This document shows, piece after piece, positions 26,836 to 39,870 of a stretch of 64,000 nucleotides of DNA (within the stretch, counting starts at the first letter, position 1; the number at the start of each line of letters is the position of its first letter). This DNA is from Octopus sinensis (taxonomy: Eukaryota). The notes under the pieces were generated by a model that was given only the letters and a program-made list of their open reading frames with translations, ran no database searches and was not told the origin of the DNA. The position numbers and the translations under genes are program-made. Where the stretch lies: the NCBI RefSeq assembly GCF_006345805.1, contig NC_043010.1:33914001-33978000 (forward strand), given 5' to 3'.

Positions 26836-28049
26836 GTGAGTTATATTTGTATTTATTTATTTATATATTTATTTTACTGTGTGGCATGACTTGCCATTTC
26901 TTAGTTGGTCTCCCTCTCTGCTGAGTGTCATAGGGCTGGCTCAAACATGAGTATGAAATTGTAAGACTGATCTGAAATCTGAAAGAAAAGACCTAATACT
27001 GGTTTGAGACCCTGGGCAAAAGCAGAGCAAAGTTCTAAGGCTATAAAAAGACTAAGGGAAGGGAATGAAGTCCTAGAACTGGCTCAAGAACAGTGGCATA
27101 GCTAGAGTGTGCTACCCAGGGTGGTCCTTAAGTTTGCTGTCTTCTGCCCCCGCCTGCCCTTACAGACTTATACAGTAGACTCGGATGTCATCTCCCCCCA
27201 CTCCAGCTATGCTACCACTTATGAACCAGAGGGTTGAAATTGTAGGACTGGCCTGACACATGTAGTGTGTACAGTTATAGGACTGGTTTGAAATTAGTTT
27301 GGAGTATAGTCATAGAACTGGCTTGAATATAGAGTGAGGGCAGACCAAATAGCAGAACTAGCTTGAGATGTGGGAAGTGAGTAAAGCCATACAGCTATGC
27401 TTGAGTGGTGAAGTTTTATGGCTTTCCCAAATCCAAAGGTTATGGATTGAAGTCAGTATTCTTAAAAAAAAGCTTAACTTGAATTCTTCAGGCTATCTTC
27501 TCAACTACCCCACACCTTTTTATGTAATTATCTTTCCTAGACTCTATTTTGACTCAGTTGAGTTTCCCAACTTAAAACTCAGTGCAGCAGAGACATATAC
27601 ACAAAAAGATGAAGCTGTTGAGAATCTGAAGAACTTGAAGTTTTTGTTGTAATTACTAATCTCAAAAATTACTATTATCTTTTTCTCACTTCATTATTTC
27701 TAATTAGCTTTTTAATGCCTCCATTAAAATATGCCAACACTCACTTAACTGTTGTATTTTTATATGGATGGTGTTCCTATAATTTATTTTTTAAAACATG
27801 CTTATTTTCTACAACACGTGTACTATATTGCATACGTTTCTTTAATCATTCCCTCATCCTTATTTGGGCAAATACAGTTAGTTCTAAACTTATGTGAAGA
27901 GATCTAAGACATAAATGCGTCTAGAGTTGTCTCCCATACTTGCTAGAATAATTAAATTATTTGACATTGACCGGCATTGTCTTTTCTTCACCACATAATT
28001 ATTTCTAATTAACTTTCTAAATGTTTGCTTAATTTAATATGATAATGCT

Positions 28050-28310
28050 TACCGTAAATCCTCGAGTATAGTCCGCCCTTGAGTATAATACACAGGGGAT
28101 TTTTAGGGGGTTATACCTTTGAAAAACCTAAATCTTGTGTATAATATGCACCCCTTCTCTAACTTTCAGGCTTAGCTTAAGGTATTTTCGCTCCCGGCAT
28201 CGCAAAATGCGTCTGAATAAACATTGCCAGATATCAAATAGAGACTTGAACATTGCTTAGAAAATAATTTTCATTTTTAACCTCCTGTATAATACACACT
28301 AGGGATTTTG
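28050..28310. mobile_element. pogo/Tigger-like DNA transposon remnant
   Basis: TACCGTAAATCCTCGAGTATA terminus and internal repeat of GTATAATACAC..GGGATTTT; right end unclear. Confidence 0.35.
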
Positions 28311-28363
28311 ACAAAGAAAAAATAAGAACAAAGAAACATATCCATATTGTTTATCTTTTAAAG

Positions 28364-28539
28364 GAAGATGAGAAGAAAGAAGATGGCAACAGTTCTAAAC
28401 ACAGTGAGGCTGAGCTGACTGAAGACGATTCAGCCAGAGAAAGTGATGATCCAACTAATGCCATGCTGCTTGCAAGATCCACATTATCAGGCGCCCTATC
28501 TGATTCCATTCCAAACAGTCCTGCCTCTTTGTCACATTA
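28364..28539 (+). CDS. BRD8: BRD8 exon 15
   Basis: taaag|GAA...CATTA|gtaagt; contains LSDSIPNSPAS, resembling the BRD8 ESIPSSPAS motif. Confidence 0.9.
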
Positions 28540-28845
28540 GTAAGTCCATTCTCTTTTTTACCATCTCCTGTATTTATCTTCTATTTTAGTGATTTATTTT
28601 GGTACTTTGTGTACTAAAAATTTTTTTTTATGATTAAATTAGAAGAAGTGGAGCAGTACCCTTGATATGTTCAGTCTTCATTTGAAATTTATGGTATTGG
28701 CGTAGTTGATCTTCATTTTATGTAGCTTTATGGCTGTAGATTAAAATATAAGTCAGTAGGGAATTTCAGAGGGTTGATGTTCTACAAACAAGAGGATTGA
28801 GTGAAGTGATTAAGGTGGCACCTGTGACTGAAACAATAATAATTA

Positions 28846-29440
28846 TGAAATTATTGTATACAGTGCTCAGGTGCACCACAACTTGTCAAAAGTGCATATA
28901 AAGCATATGCAGTAATGTACAAATGTCTGGAAAGTGAACAGTGTATGAGTCAGATACATGCTTGCGTGTGTATGGAGGGGAGAAAATCAGGTGTAGTGTT
29001 GGTGAATCTCAGGAAGCATGGAAGTTTTGAAGGATGCAGTGCTCCGACAACTAACAACTGATGCCGGCAGTTTGTTCCATGCTTCAGCAACTCTTAGCGT
29101 GAAAAAATGTTTTCCAAAGTCATGGGAGCTGTGCTGTTTTCTGACTTTGTAAACATGTCCACAGGTGTTAGACAGATGGAGTTTGAAAAGGTGCTCAGAG
29201 TTATTGTTAGTAAGATGGTTAATAATTTTATGGGTGTCTGCCAAGTCAGCTGCCAGACGTCGGAATTTCAATGCATCCATGCCCAGGGAAGTAAGGTGTT
29301 CAGAATATGGCAAATGCCTGATGGAGGGTATTCTCTTGGTTGCACATCGCTGAACGGTTTCCAGATGATTAATATCCTGGGCAAGATAGGGGTTCCAGAC
29401 CGGTGATGCAATATTGATGTTTACTAGAATATGGCCTCTT
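28846..29440 (-). mobile_element. CR1/L2-group LINE 3-prime fragment
   Basis: ASPVWNPYL..DINHLETVQR..TK.IP...FRRL..DL...GH.YK...FFTLRVAEAWNKLPASVV to stop at 28987, then 3-prime UTR. Confidence 0.85.
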
Positions 29441-30472
29441 GAGCAGTTGAATCTTCACTAGTCTCAGTGATAGGTTTCTCCAAATCTAACAGTAACCTTG
29501 GTTAGACTAAGAAAAAACCTGAAACTAATTTTTTTTTAAATTCAAATTTACTGACAGTTTTATTCCATTTATCAACTTCCTCATTTTTATTTATCAATTC
29601 TATTTGGTTCTGAGTTTTAATTATAATTTCATATTTTTGTTATTAAAATGAAAATTTTTCTTTCAATTTCAGTTTTTATTTGAACTTCAATTTGTGGAGT
29701 TTTCAAAATTTCGAATTAAAAGCAAAAAGAAAATGGAGAATCAAAATTAATCCAAATTCTTATCACTGCTCTAGATTTAATTTAGTATAATTTCGTTGCC
29801 ATTCACTCTGCTATCCTTTGTGAAAGCACCACAGTCAAAAGGGTGGTAACCACTTGGCCAATCCAGTCTCTGATTTGTATGGTTACTTTCACTGTACTTC
29901 ACCATTTCAATACTAATTCACTTGAAACCACCTCTGTTTTTACAATATTAAGCATCTCACATTAGTGTTCATGTCTAAATTAAACCTCAGGTTACTTCAG
30001 CTTAATATATCAATTAATAAAATAGTTAATTCCACTGAATTGATTAGTTTTAGAAATATTTTTTTTTAACGAATCGGCAGTTTATTTTCATTAGAAATAT
30101 GCTTATAAAATTTTTTGAGTATTGAAACTTTACTCTTAACTATTTTGATATAAAAACCTGCCTGAGACCATCTCTAGTTCTGATGATACAAAATTATTCA
30201 TTTTTAAAGCATGTAGGCACTTTATTTCATTAAAATTACAGTGATGAGAAGAATCTTTCAATAACCTGCAATTACTTAAGTCAATATCTTGTTGGAGAAA
30301 GAGTTATGAGACCACACCACACTTGTGCTTCACTCACAATATGAAAAGAGAAGAGTTTCAGAGTTGACCCAACATTTCATGGGTTATGGGATGTTTTCTC
30401 TTCTTTTTCTTTAATTTTTTAATTTGTTTGTTTGCTTTGTCATTTCTATTGCTAATGTCTCATCTGTCTCAG

Positions 30473-30553
30473 CAGTGACACGGAAGATGAAAAAGCTTAC
30501 CGCACTTGGAAGAAGTCCATCATGCTAGTATACCGGGCTGCTGCTACTCACAA
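30473..30553 (+). CDS. BRD8: BRD8 exon 16 (bromodomain start)
   Basis: tctcag|C...CACAA|gttagt; SDTEDEKAYRTWKKSIMLVYRAAATHK. Confidence 0.95.
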
Positions 30554-31206
30554 GTTAGTGGGCTCTATTTTCCCTCTCTTTCTCTCTCGGTGCATATCTG
30601 TGAATTATTGTGGTTATATATGGATGACTGAACATTTATTGTGTGTGTGTGTGTATCATCATCATACATCTGTTTTCCATGCTGGCATGGGTTGGATGAT
30701 TGGACAGGAGTTGGCAAGCCAAAAGCTACATTGGGCTCTATTTGTCTACTTTGGGATTGTTTCTATGACTGGATGCCCTTCCTAAAGCCAACTGCTTTAC
30801 AGAGTGTACTGGGTGCTTTTTACATTTCACCAGCACAGATGCTTTTTAAGTGGCACCAGTACAGATACTTTATAAGTGGCACCAGCATGGGTGTATTTTA
30901 CATGGCACCAGCACAGGTGCTTTTTTTGTGACCCCAGTGAGGTTGCCAAGTAGCTTGCAAGAAAAAACACCTCTCAACAGGGAGGGTGTTCCAGCCTCAG
31001 GAAGTGGCTGTGGGCCAGTTATGTGTTTGTGTGTGTGTGTGTCTGTGACTGGCTTGTTAGTGAGTATGTGAATGTAAGAATCTATTAATAGACTTAATGC
31101 GTGCTGTTTGTAATATCACTTTGCCTCTGTATATGAAGTATAACAAAATAGCTGGGCTATTATTACCATTGTTTTTATTGTATGTTTGTTTCCTTTATTA
31201 CTCTAG

Positions 31207-31275
31207 GTATGCTAATGTATTTCTGCATCCTGTTCGAGAGGAGATAGCTCCAGGCTATCACAGTATAGTACACAG
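31207..31275 (+). CDS. BRD8: BRD8 exon 17 (bromodomain ZA loop)
   Basis: ctctag|G...CACAG|gtaact; YANVFLHPVREEIAPGYHSIVHR. Confidence 0.97.
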
Positions 31276-31523
31276 GTAACTATAAACACAATCTCTTTCT
31301 TCTCCATCTCTTGTATTTTTGGAGTTTCCTCATGTTGTTAATTACTAGTTTATACTTCGGAGTAAACATCTGGAATTCAATAGTTACAAAGTTTAAGTTG
31401 TATTAGATGAGCTTCTTTTTCTGCCCTGTCTTGTCCCATTTTTATTAGACATCAAAATTTAAGGGAATTTACACGAAAGCCAAAAAAACTTTTTCATTTT
31501 TTTTCTCTCTTGTTTATTTTCAG

Positions 31524-31701
31524 ACCAATGGACTTAAGTGCCATTAAGAAGAATATTGAAAATGGTGTTATCCGCTCTACAACAGAGTTCCAACGTGATA
31601 TGATGCTAATGTTTACTAATGCCATAATGTACAACAGCTCTGACCACAATGTGTACAAGATGGCACGAGAGATGTACAATGATGTTATGCAACACATTGA
31701 G
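31524..31701 (+). CDS. BRD8: BRD8 exon 18 (bromodomain)
   Basis: ttcag|A...GAG|gtttgt; PMDLSAIKKNIENGVIRSTTEFQRDMMLMFTNAIMYNSSDHNVYKMAREM, with the acetyl-lysine-binding YN motif. Confidence 0.97.
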
Positions 31702-32994
31702 GTTTGTACTGTTCTTTTATTACTTCATGTATATTTTTTTATATAATTACTAGGATGGAGGGGAGATAAGCGGAATTGGTAGTGCAACAAACTAATCAGT
31801 GTTTCCCAAACTTTTCGCGCCAAATTGCAATATCGCCCACCTATTGGCCAAAAAATGCTCCATTGCCCACCTGTTTAAAAAAAAAAACCCTGACGCAACC
31901 CCACCAGCACAAAATCCCCTAGCCCCACTCCTGTATCATTTGACACATACACTATATTTTTCAGATGAGATTAACTTCTGGAAACCTGCACTTTCTTTTA
32001 CACTGATTTTCATTTTCCCCAAATGAACCATTGATTAGAACTACCAATGCAAAAATAATTAATGATTGATTGTATTATAAAGGAAAGGAATAACATTTTT
32101 TAATAAGAGAACCATATGTCTCGTGCGATTCAGCTAGTACAGATACATTTGGTTTCAAACTTGTTGACTTTAGCCACAAGTCTCCTCGTTATTTCACATC
32201 CAGTCCAATTTAACCTGGTATGAGGTAGGGAAGGCAAGCAAAAGTAAATTCAGATATTTGCACACACTGGGGTAGGAATTCAATATACTGTTGGCATCAA
32301 TACCGAGGGCACCTATAACAACTGGGATTACCTTCTGGGCGAAATGCTTAGCAGCATTTCATTCATCTTTAGTTCAATTTCTGCTGAGGTCAGCTTTGCC
32401 TTTCATCCTTTTGGGGTCGATGTAATTGACTATCTCCTTCATACATATTACAAGCCTTGTGCCTATAGTAGAAAGGATTATTACTATTATCATTATTATT
32501 ATTATATGAACCATTAGAGCATCAGATAAAATGCCTCACATATTTGGTTGTGGTTCTTTACATGCTAAGTTCAAATCACACCAAAGTCTTTGTCTTTCAT
32601 CCTTTGTGGTGGGGGGTGTCAATAAAATTAAGTACCAGTTAAGTACTAAACTTGGTTTAATCAACTAACATCCTCCTTTCGAAATTTCTGGCCTTGTGCT
32701 AGATAAAATGCCTTGTAGTAGTTGATTCAGTTCTTTACACTATGATTTCAAATCTCACTGAGGTCAGCTTTGCCTTTCATCCCACTAGGATTACTATGAT
32801 AAAGTACCTGTTGAGTACCAGATCCTACATAGTTGATTAACATCTCATCTCCAATTTTTTGCCTTGTGCCAATGTTAGAAACAAATAAGAAATGTTGAAG
32901 TGCTGAGAGAAAACGGCAAATTGTGGCCACATATACATGTACACGCACATGCACACCATACATATGTATATATATTATATACATTTCTTTGCAG

Positions 32995-33075
32995 CAATTT
33001 GTGAGCACACAGTTAATGGTGCAAACGGAACCAAAAATGCTACGGCCATCGCGCAGGATGGAAAATATCGAGAAG
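32995..33075 (+). CDS. BRD8: BRD8 exon 19
   Basis: ttgcag|CAA...AAG|gtacgt; QFVSTQLMVQTEPKMLRPSRRMENIEK (human QFLATQLIMQT). Confidence 0.92.
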
Positions 33076-33675
33076 GTACGTATATTGAAGATGTTTTTAA
33101 CTTTTATTGTTAAACGGAAATAAAGAGAGAGACAGAGGCAGGGTAGAAATTGAAGACATCCACAGTATAAACCATTGTGTGCAGAAGTGAAGACTAATGT
33201 GGCCTTGAGGTGCAAATGGAAAGCAACTCATAGTTAACTTACATTTAACTTTTACAGTACTTGACAGAACCTTTTTTTGCCTTTTTGGGGGTTGTTTTTA
33301 ATATATTTTTTTATAGCTTAGTCAAGGGAGAAAAGGCAGCATCTTTTTTATTTTTACAGTAGCTTCAAAACTGTAGGTCTGTGATGTCCTATATTGTTGG
33401 TAACTTTTAACCACTACTTTGATCTCTGTAATTAGCCCTGTTTGAAGTCAGTGGCTGCAGATGGATCTCTCACAAAAACAGGTCAGAGCTTCCAAGGTGT
33501 CACTAAAGAGGCTGAGTTTCTGTTATTTACTTTGTATATGTGTATACTCTTGTTTGTTGTGACAATTCAGCTCCTTGAAAGCTAGCTGGAAAAGGTGAGG
33601 AAGGAGGTTCTTCTTTTTTATAAATGCTAAACGAAATAAAGGCACACTAATTGCTACACACTGGTGTGGATTTAT

Positions 33676-34396
33676 ATCATCATCTTCATCGTCGTTTAAC
33701 ATCTGCTTTCCATGCTGGCATGGGTTGGATGGTTTGACTGAGGACTGGTGAGCTAGAAGGCTGCACCAGGCTCCAATCTGATCTGGCAAAGTTTCTACAG
33801 CTGAATGCCCTTCCTAAAGCCAATCACTCCAAGAGTGTAGTGGGTGCTTTTATGTGCCATCAGCATGAGGGCCAGTCAGGCAGTTCTGGCAACAACCATG
33901 CTCAAATGGTGGTTTTTATGTGCTACCTGCACATGTGCCAGTGAGGTAACGCTGGCAACAATCATGCTCAAATGATGCTTTTTACATGCCACCGGTACGG
34001 GAGCCAATCAGCGGCCCTGGCAATGATCACACTCGGATGTGCTTTTAACATTCCACTGGCACAAGTAGCTAATCAGGCAGTACTGTCATCAGCCACATCA
34101 GTGATTTTGATTTCACTTGCCTCCATAGGTCTTCACAAGCAAAGTTTATTGCCCAATGAATGAGGAGTACTCATAAGTGGGCTGGTTACACCCACTGGCA
34201 TAGGCCACGAGTTATGGTCTCATTTGGCTCGTCAGGTCTTCTCAAGCACAGCATATCTCCAAAGGTTTCAGTCACTAGTCATTGCCCCGGTAAGGCCCAA
34301 TGTTCGGAGGGTGTGCTTCACCACCTCATCCCAGATCTTCCTGGGTCTACCTCTTCCACAGGTTCCCTCAACTGCTAGGGTGTGACACTTTTTCAC
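33676..34396 (-). mobile_element. RTE-clade LINE 3-prime fragment (same family as 51421-52242)
   Basis: reverse complement gives KCHTLAVEGTCGRGRPRKIWDEVVKH; shared 3-prime UTR and (CAT)n tail. Shorter tail-only relatives at about 11709-12030, 13795-14090, 17440-17700, 22199-22720, 30655-31010, 39068-39420, 44355-44630, 44843-45300, 54350-54940, 56597-56770. Confidence 0.85.
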
Positions 34397-34432
34397 ACAC
34401 ACGATTGGCTTTCTGCGTTGCTATTTTGTATA

Positions 34433-36063
34433 TCTCTTATTATAAAAGGCAGATTTTATCTGCCTCCCTTTGTAACTTATAGAAATCTACAATATAGGAT
34501 TTCTTCAATTACAATTTACCTAGCATTTTTAAGAGTAGAATGCATCGGGTCATGCCAGGTCCAGTTTTTAAAATTTAAACTCCAATTAAGCAAAATTTAC
34601 AGAAAACTCACATTCTGGTGTGTATGTCAAATGCTTTTCTTAATGTGGTTTACACCACACGCACACGCACACACACAGTGTGCAACGAATAAAATGAAAG
34701 TAAATAGCGACAGAGTGATTTGAGGAAGACTAAACTGAAAGTATTTAAACCACTACTCAAAAAATAAAAAAACACAGCAAACAGAAACAAATAAATACAT
34801 AACGATTTACTCCTCACACAATTTCTTCAATTAGAGTTTACCTAAGATTTTTCAAAGTACTCCATTCGGTCATGCCATAATATATTTCTTTCAATTTCAC
34901 CCCCAATTAAGACAAAATTCGAGAAAACTCAATATTTTAACATTTCACTCCGAAAGCATTGATGTACATGTGTGCGTGCATGAGTGTGTGTGTGTTTGAT
35001 GGGTTGTGCGACACAGAAAGTGTGGTGTGTAAGTGAAGTGCTTTTGTTAGTGTGTGTAAAGAGACAGACAGAGTGAAAGACAGAAATAACTGAACTTTTT
35101 TTATTCACTTTTTGTAGTGAGTGACTGAGAGAGAGAGGTTATGTATGTATATATGTATGTATGGCTTCAGTGACACACACACACAAAAACACATACCTAC
35201 GTACACCTAAAGCACACACACACAAGCGGAGCGCGAACTTCAAAATTTTGGTAGTATTAATTTGCGAGCGTACTTCTAAGCACGCGTAATTGAAAGTTTT
35301 CACTATGATATCATCACGTGCGAAAAAATTCGAAGGGTTTTGAACAATTGAGATACACATGTCACGCCTGTATTGAAACCATTGCTAAGCTGCCGTAATT
35401 GCTTAATTAAGACTTTGTTTAAATTGAAAGGGGCAAATATGTGACGAGGTTGAAAAAAAATACCCCAGAAAAAAAAATGTACTGCTGGTATTTATATAAT
35501 TCACTACTATTTTGCTACAATGTCATGAAAAAGAAAAAATTTAGGTATGTAAATCGAATTCGCCACCCCCTTTTCCCCGTTCGCGTTTGTGTAAAAAAAA
35601 TTATTAAGTTTTAAAAATTATTTACTTTGTTCAAAAAATATTAATATTAATTAATTTTCAAGAATTATTTAATTTTATTCTGTAAAATAGTAATTAATTC
35701 ATTTATCTGTAAATCCGCGAGGTTATTACTCAGGCACCTAGAATGGTAACCTTCAACTAACACTATCTCCTCCGAGACCCTGCGGCGCAAGTTGACCAAA
35801 ATTGAGAGTATGGTAGAAGAAGGGTTGCTCTTCCTTCCGTAGAACATAAAATTCAAATCGGACTATGTTAACACCAAAAATTATTTACATCAAAAAGATG
35901 CTTTTTTTCTATGAAAATCCCTATTGTTTACGATTTTTTCACTGCTGTGTCGCCACTTTTCGGTGTATTTCGACCAGAAAAATGTTCACAAAATTTTTAC
36001 TTTTCAAAATTACAATTCCAGCAGGTCGAAACAAACCCGAGCAACGCCGGGCGATACTGCTAG
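34433..36063 (+). mobile_element. non-autonomous Helitron (1631 bp) in last BRD8 intron
   Basis: A|TCTCTTATTATAAAAGGCAG start; ACCCGAGCAACGCCGGGCGATACTGCTAG|T end. Confidence 0.75.
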
Positions 36064-36440
36064 TTTCCATGATAAAGAAGATAGCAGGATGGCAAAATCA
36101 TTAGTGCATCAATCAACATGCTAAGCAACGTTTCTTTTGACTCTTGACATTCTGGGGTCAACTTTGCCCTTCATCCTTTCAAGTTCGATAAAATAAAATA
36201 CCACTGGGTTCAATGTAATTGACTAACCCTGCTTCCTCTGTAATTGCTGAGCTTGTGCCAAAATTTGAAACCATTATAAAGGCAGCATGCCATTTGTTAT
36301 TTCAGTTGTATTCTCAGTTGAATAGAAGCTCCCTTTCTGCTTCAAGTAGTCTTCCATCTTAGAGATGGTAGCAAGTCTTTCTTTATTTTAGTGCATCTAT
36401 CCAACACAGACATTATATTGTATCCTATTTTATGTTGTAG

Positions 36441-36554
36441 GAAGAAGATACAAAAAAACGAAAGACTGACCCCAATCAAGATGGTGGCAAGAAGAAAAAA
36501 CGTCCCAAGCCAGTAACTCCTGAAGACACGCCTCCAAAAACACCCAATGAGTGA
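36441..36554 (+). CDS. BRD8: BRD8 exon 20 (last; basic NLS-like tail, TGA stop)
   Basis: tgtag|GAAGAAGAT...GAGTGA; EEDTKKRKTDPNQDGGKKKKRPKPVTPEDTPPKTPNE*. Confidence 0.85.
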   Translation, partial: EEDTKKRKTDPNQDGGKKKKRPKPVTPEDTPPKTPNE

Positions 36555-36795
36555 CTTGAATTAAGAACTGACCTGCTATGTCCCAGCTTGTTGTAGCTCT
36601 TGCCTCTCACCACATCCACCTCTCTCATTGTCCTTGAGTCCTCCTGTCATACGTTCGTAATCAATATTGCTGCTACTTTTAACTATACCTCAATCTCTTC
36701 CAAACAGAGAGACATGGTTGAGGTTTGGCTTGTTGGCTTCAAAAGTCACTCACACTCAACATCAGTCTTTTTTTTTCTTCTCTCCCTTTTTTTCT

Positions 36796-36801
36796 AATAA
36801 A
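36796..36801 (+). terminator. candidate BRD8 polyadenylation signal
   Basis: AATAAA about 240 nt after the stop codon; use not verifiable from sequence. Confidence 0.4.
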
Positions 36802-37356
36802 ATTATTTAAAACTACAAATGAATTAACTAAGCTTTTCAATGTGAATTGACATTAGACATTTTAAACATCAATTTGCAACAGAAAAGAGAACAATGATGT
36901 TGGAACCATATATTTATTGCTTGCCAAGGGACCACATTACCAATTACACTACATAGTGTATGTCACTCTTTCTCCCTTAAATTAGGTACTTAAATCTTAT
37001 TTTTTCCATTCTTTTTTTTTGTTTTTAATTTTCAAAAGATAATTGGTCAGTTACTTAGCATACATAGCAGAATAGCTGCTGCATACATAAATATATTCAG
37101 CATAACAATAATGTGCCCCACCTCTTTTCTCGGTTCTATGCTTGCAAGCGATAATGATAACAATAACTATAAACCTCCGAAATCAAATAATGAATGAATG
37201 AACTAAGATTTTCCAGTGTGAAATTATACTTGACAGTATTTTTAAAACTATTTTCTTCAGTCAAGAGTTGTGACCTCTTTTTATCAGAAAATTAATTCTG
37301 AAAAGTGAGGCATATTTGTTTGCTAACGAGAGATGGAATATCTTACTATTGTTATT

Positions 37357-37990
37357 AAGGTGGCAAGCAGGCAGAATCATTACCATGCTGGAAAAATGCT
37401 CAGTGGTATTTTTCCCAACTTTACATTCTGGGTTCAAATTCCACTGAGTTTGACTTTTCCTTTCATCCTTTCAGGGTAGATGAAATAAGTACCAGTCAAG
37501 CATTGGGGTCAATGTAATTGACTTACCCCTCCCCCCCAAATTGCTGGCCTTGTGCCAAAATTTTAAACCATTATTATTAGTAAGGTGGCAAGTTGGCAGA
37601 ATTGTTAGCATGTCAGAAAAATGCATAGCATTATTTCTTCTGGCTTTACATTCTGAGTTCAAATTCCACTGAGGTTGACTTTGCCTTTTATCCCTTTGGG
37701 AGGTCAATGAAATAAGGACCAGTCAAGTACTGGAGTTAATGTAATCGACTTGGCCCCTTCCTCAAAATTTCAGGCTATGTGCCTGAGTAGAAAGGATTGT
37801 TATAAAGATGGCAAGCCGGCACAATTGTTAGCATGTCAGACACAATGCTTAGTGGCATTTCTTCCAACTTTACATTCCAATTTCAAATTCTGCCAAGGTT
37901 GACTTTGCCTTTCATCATTTTGGGATTGGTGATTTCAACTAACTTCCACCACTCCTCAAAAATTGCTGGTCTTGTCCCTAAATTAGAAAT
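37357..37990 (+). mobile_element. head-to-tail array of 3 SINE B copies
   Basis: copies start at about 37357, 37582, 37806, joined by ATT-rich tails. Confidence 0.8.
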
Positions 37991-38736
37991 CATTATTATT
38001 AAAGCACCAGTTGAACAATACATCATTACCCTCAAGATTGCTGGCCAAATGCCAAATTTAGAAAGAATTATTTTACTTATTTTTATTTATTTTCGTTTTT
38101 ATTTTTTTATTTTTTTTTTCTTGGTTTTTCTCTTATGAAGGACCCAGTTTGAATTATTGTCTTGTAAGAAGACATCTGCAATAAGTATTGATTTCTATTT
38201 TGCAGTTTATTTGAAGCATCTTCATATAAGTATTTAAAAAAAAATGAAAACCATTTACCAATACAAATTGTAGAGAAAAAACAAATAAATGCATTGAATA
38301 TTTTCAGATTCACAATCAAAAGTTGTTAAAGCTGGAATATTTAATAAATTCATTGTGCACCTCTACTATAATTCTTCCTGCATTCAAAATGTGCAACCAT
38401 TTAAAGTATTTTAATTACCACTGTTTGCATTGTTTATTTGTTCGTTTGACTGATCAAGTGCTGTCTGTGATATCACAGAAACAATGGAAGCAAAAAAGTC
38501 AAAATTTCATCATCATTGTTATTTTCAGCCGGAATTCGATAGTTACAGGGTTCGATTTTCAATAGTGGTATAAGGGTATTTGCCAGATCTTCTAAGCTGC
38601 TTTCACTATTCTTTGTTCAAGACTTATTTTCTGTAAAATATCAATATCACTTTCACTTCTGTTTTTTTGTTTTTTTTTTCTTTTTTATTCTGGCATGGAT
38701 TGGGTGGAACTTTGTGAGGCAATATTTAAAAGTTGA

Positions 38737-38957
38737 AGGGCGGTGAGCTGGCAGAATCATTAGCATGCCTGGCGGTATTTCGTCTGCCGTTACGTTCTGA
38801 GTTCAAATTCCGCCGAGGTCAACTTTGCCTTTCATCCTTTCGGGGTCGATTAAATAAGTACCAGTTACACACTGGGGTCAATGTAATCGACTTAATCCCT
38901 TTGTCTGTCCTTGCTTGTCCCCTCTATGTTTAGCCCCCTATGGGCAATAAAGAAATA
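38737..38957 (+). mobile_element. SINE family B, full-length with 16-bp TSD
   Basis: GGCGGTGAGCTGGCAGAATC head, GAGTTCAAATTCC B-box, CCTTTCATCCTTTCGGGGTCGAT core; TSD AATATTTAAAAGTTGA at 38721-38736 and 38958-38973; many diverged copies in the window. Confidence 0.9.
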
Positions 38958-39870
38958 AATATTTAAAAGTTGAGAAAATAAGTTGTACACAGGTAGATTG
39001 GTGATCAGCTTTGTCTTGTGTACAGTGAGACAAAATGAAATCAATAATTTTAATTTTTTTCCACATTGTCATCATCATCATTTAACATCCGTTTTCTATG
39101 CTGGTATGGGTTGTACAGTTTGACAGGAGCTGATCAGGGTCCAATTGTCTCTTTAGGCATGGTTTCTACAGCTGGATGCATGTGGCACCAACATGGGTGT
39201 TTTATACATGGCACTGGCACAGGGATTTTTTACTTGGCACCAATGTAAGCTCACCGCCCTTCAACTTTTAAATATTGCCTCACAAAATTCCACCCAATCC
39301 ATGCCAGAATAAAAAATTAAAAAAAAAAACAGAAGTTTTGGTATGGTTTCTATGGCTGGATGCCCTTCTAACACCAATCATTTTACAGAGTGCACTGGAT
39401 GCTTTTAACATGGCACCAGCACACACACATGTGTATACTACAGGCTTCATGCAGTTTCTGCCTATTAAATTTCTTCACAATGCATTGATCAACATGGAGC
39501 TTTATAGAACACACCCATGGCATTGCACAGTAGGACTGAACCCCAAACCATGTGTTTGAGAAGCAAACTTCTTAACCTTACAGCTATACCTGCGTCAGAA
39601 ATAACTAAAATTCCTTACAAGACGGTACTCCAGCATGGTCACAGCCCACTGACTGAAATCAGAAAAGAAACAAAATACATAGTTTTGATTTTTGTTTTTT
39701 AATTACTGAATTTTATTTTGTTCTTTTGCAACATTTTTGGAATATTAAGTACACAACTGAAAATTCTTGAACATGGGCAAAATATCTGAGTCTCAACAGA
39801 AAGAGCATCTTCAAGTAGACTTGATAAAGTATCCTCCCCAGAGAATGGCACAATTTATCTCATTAGGGAT

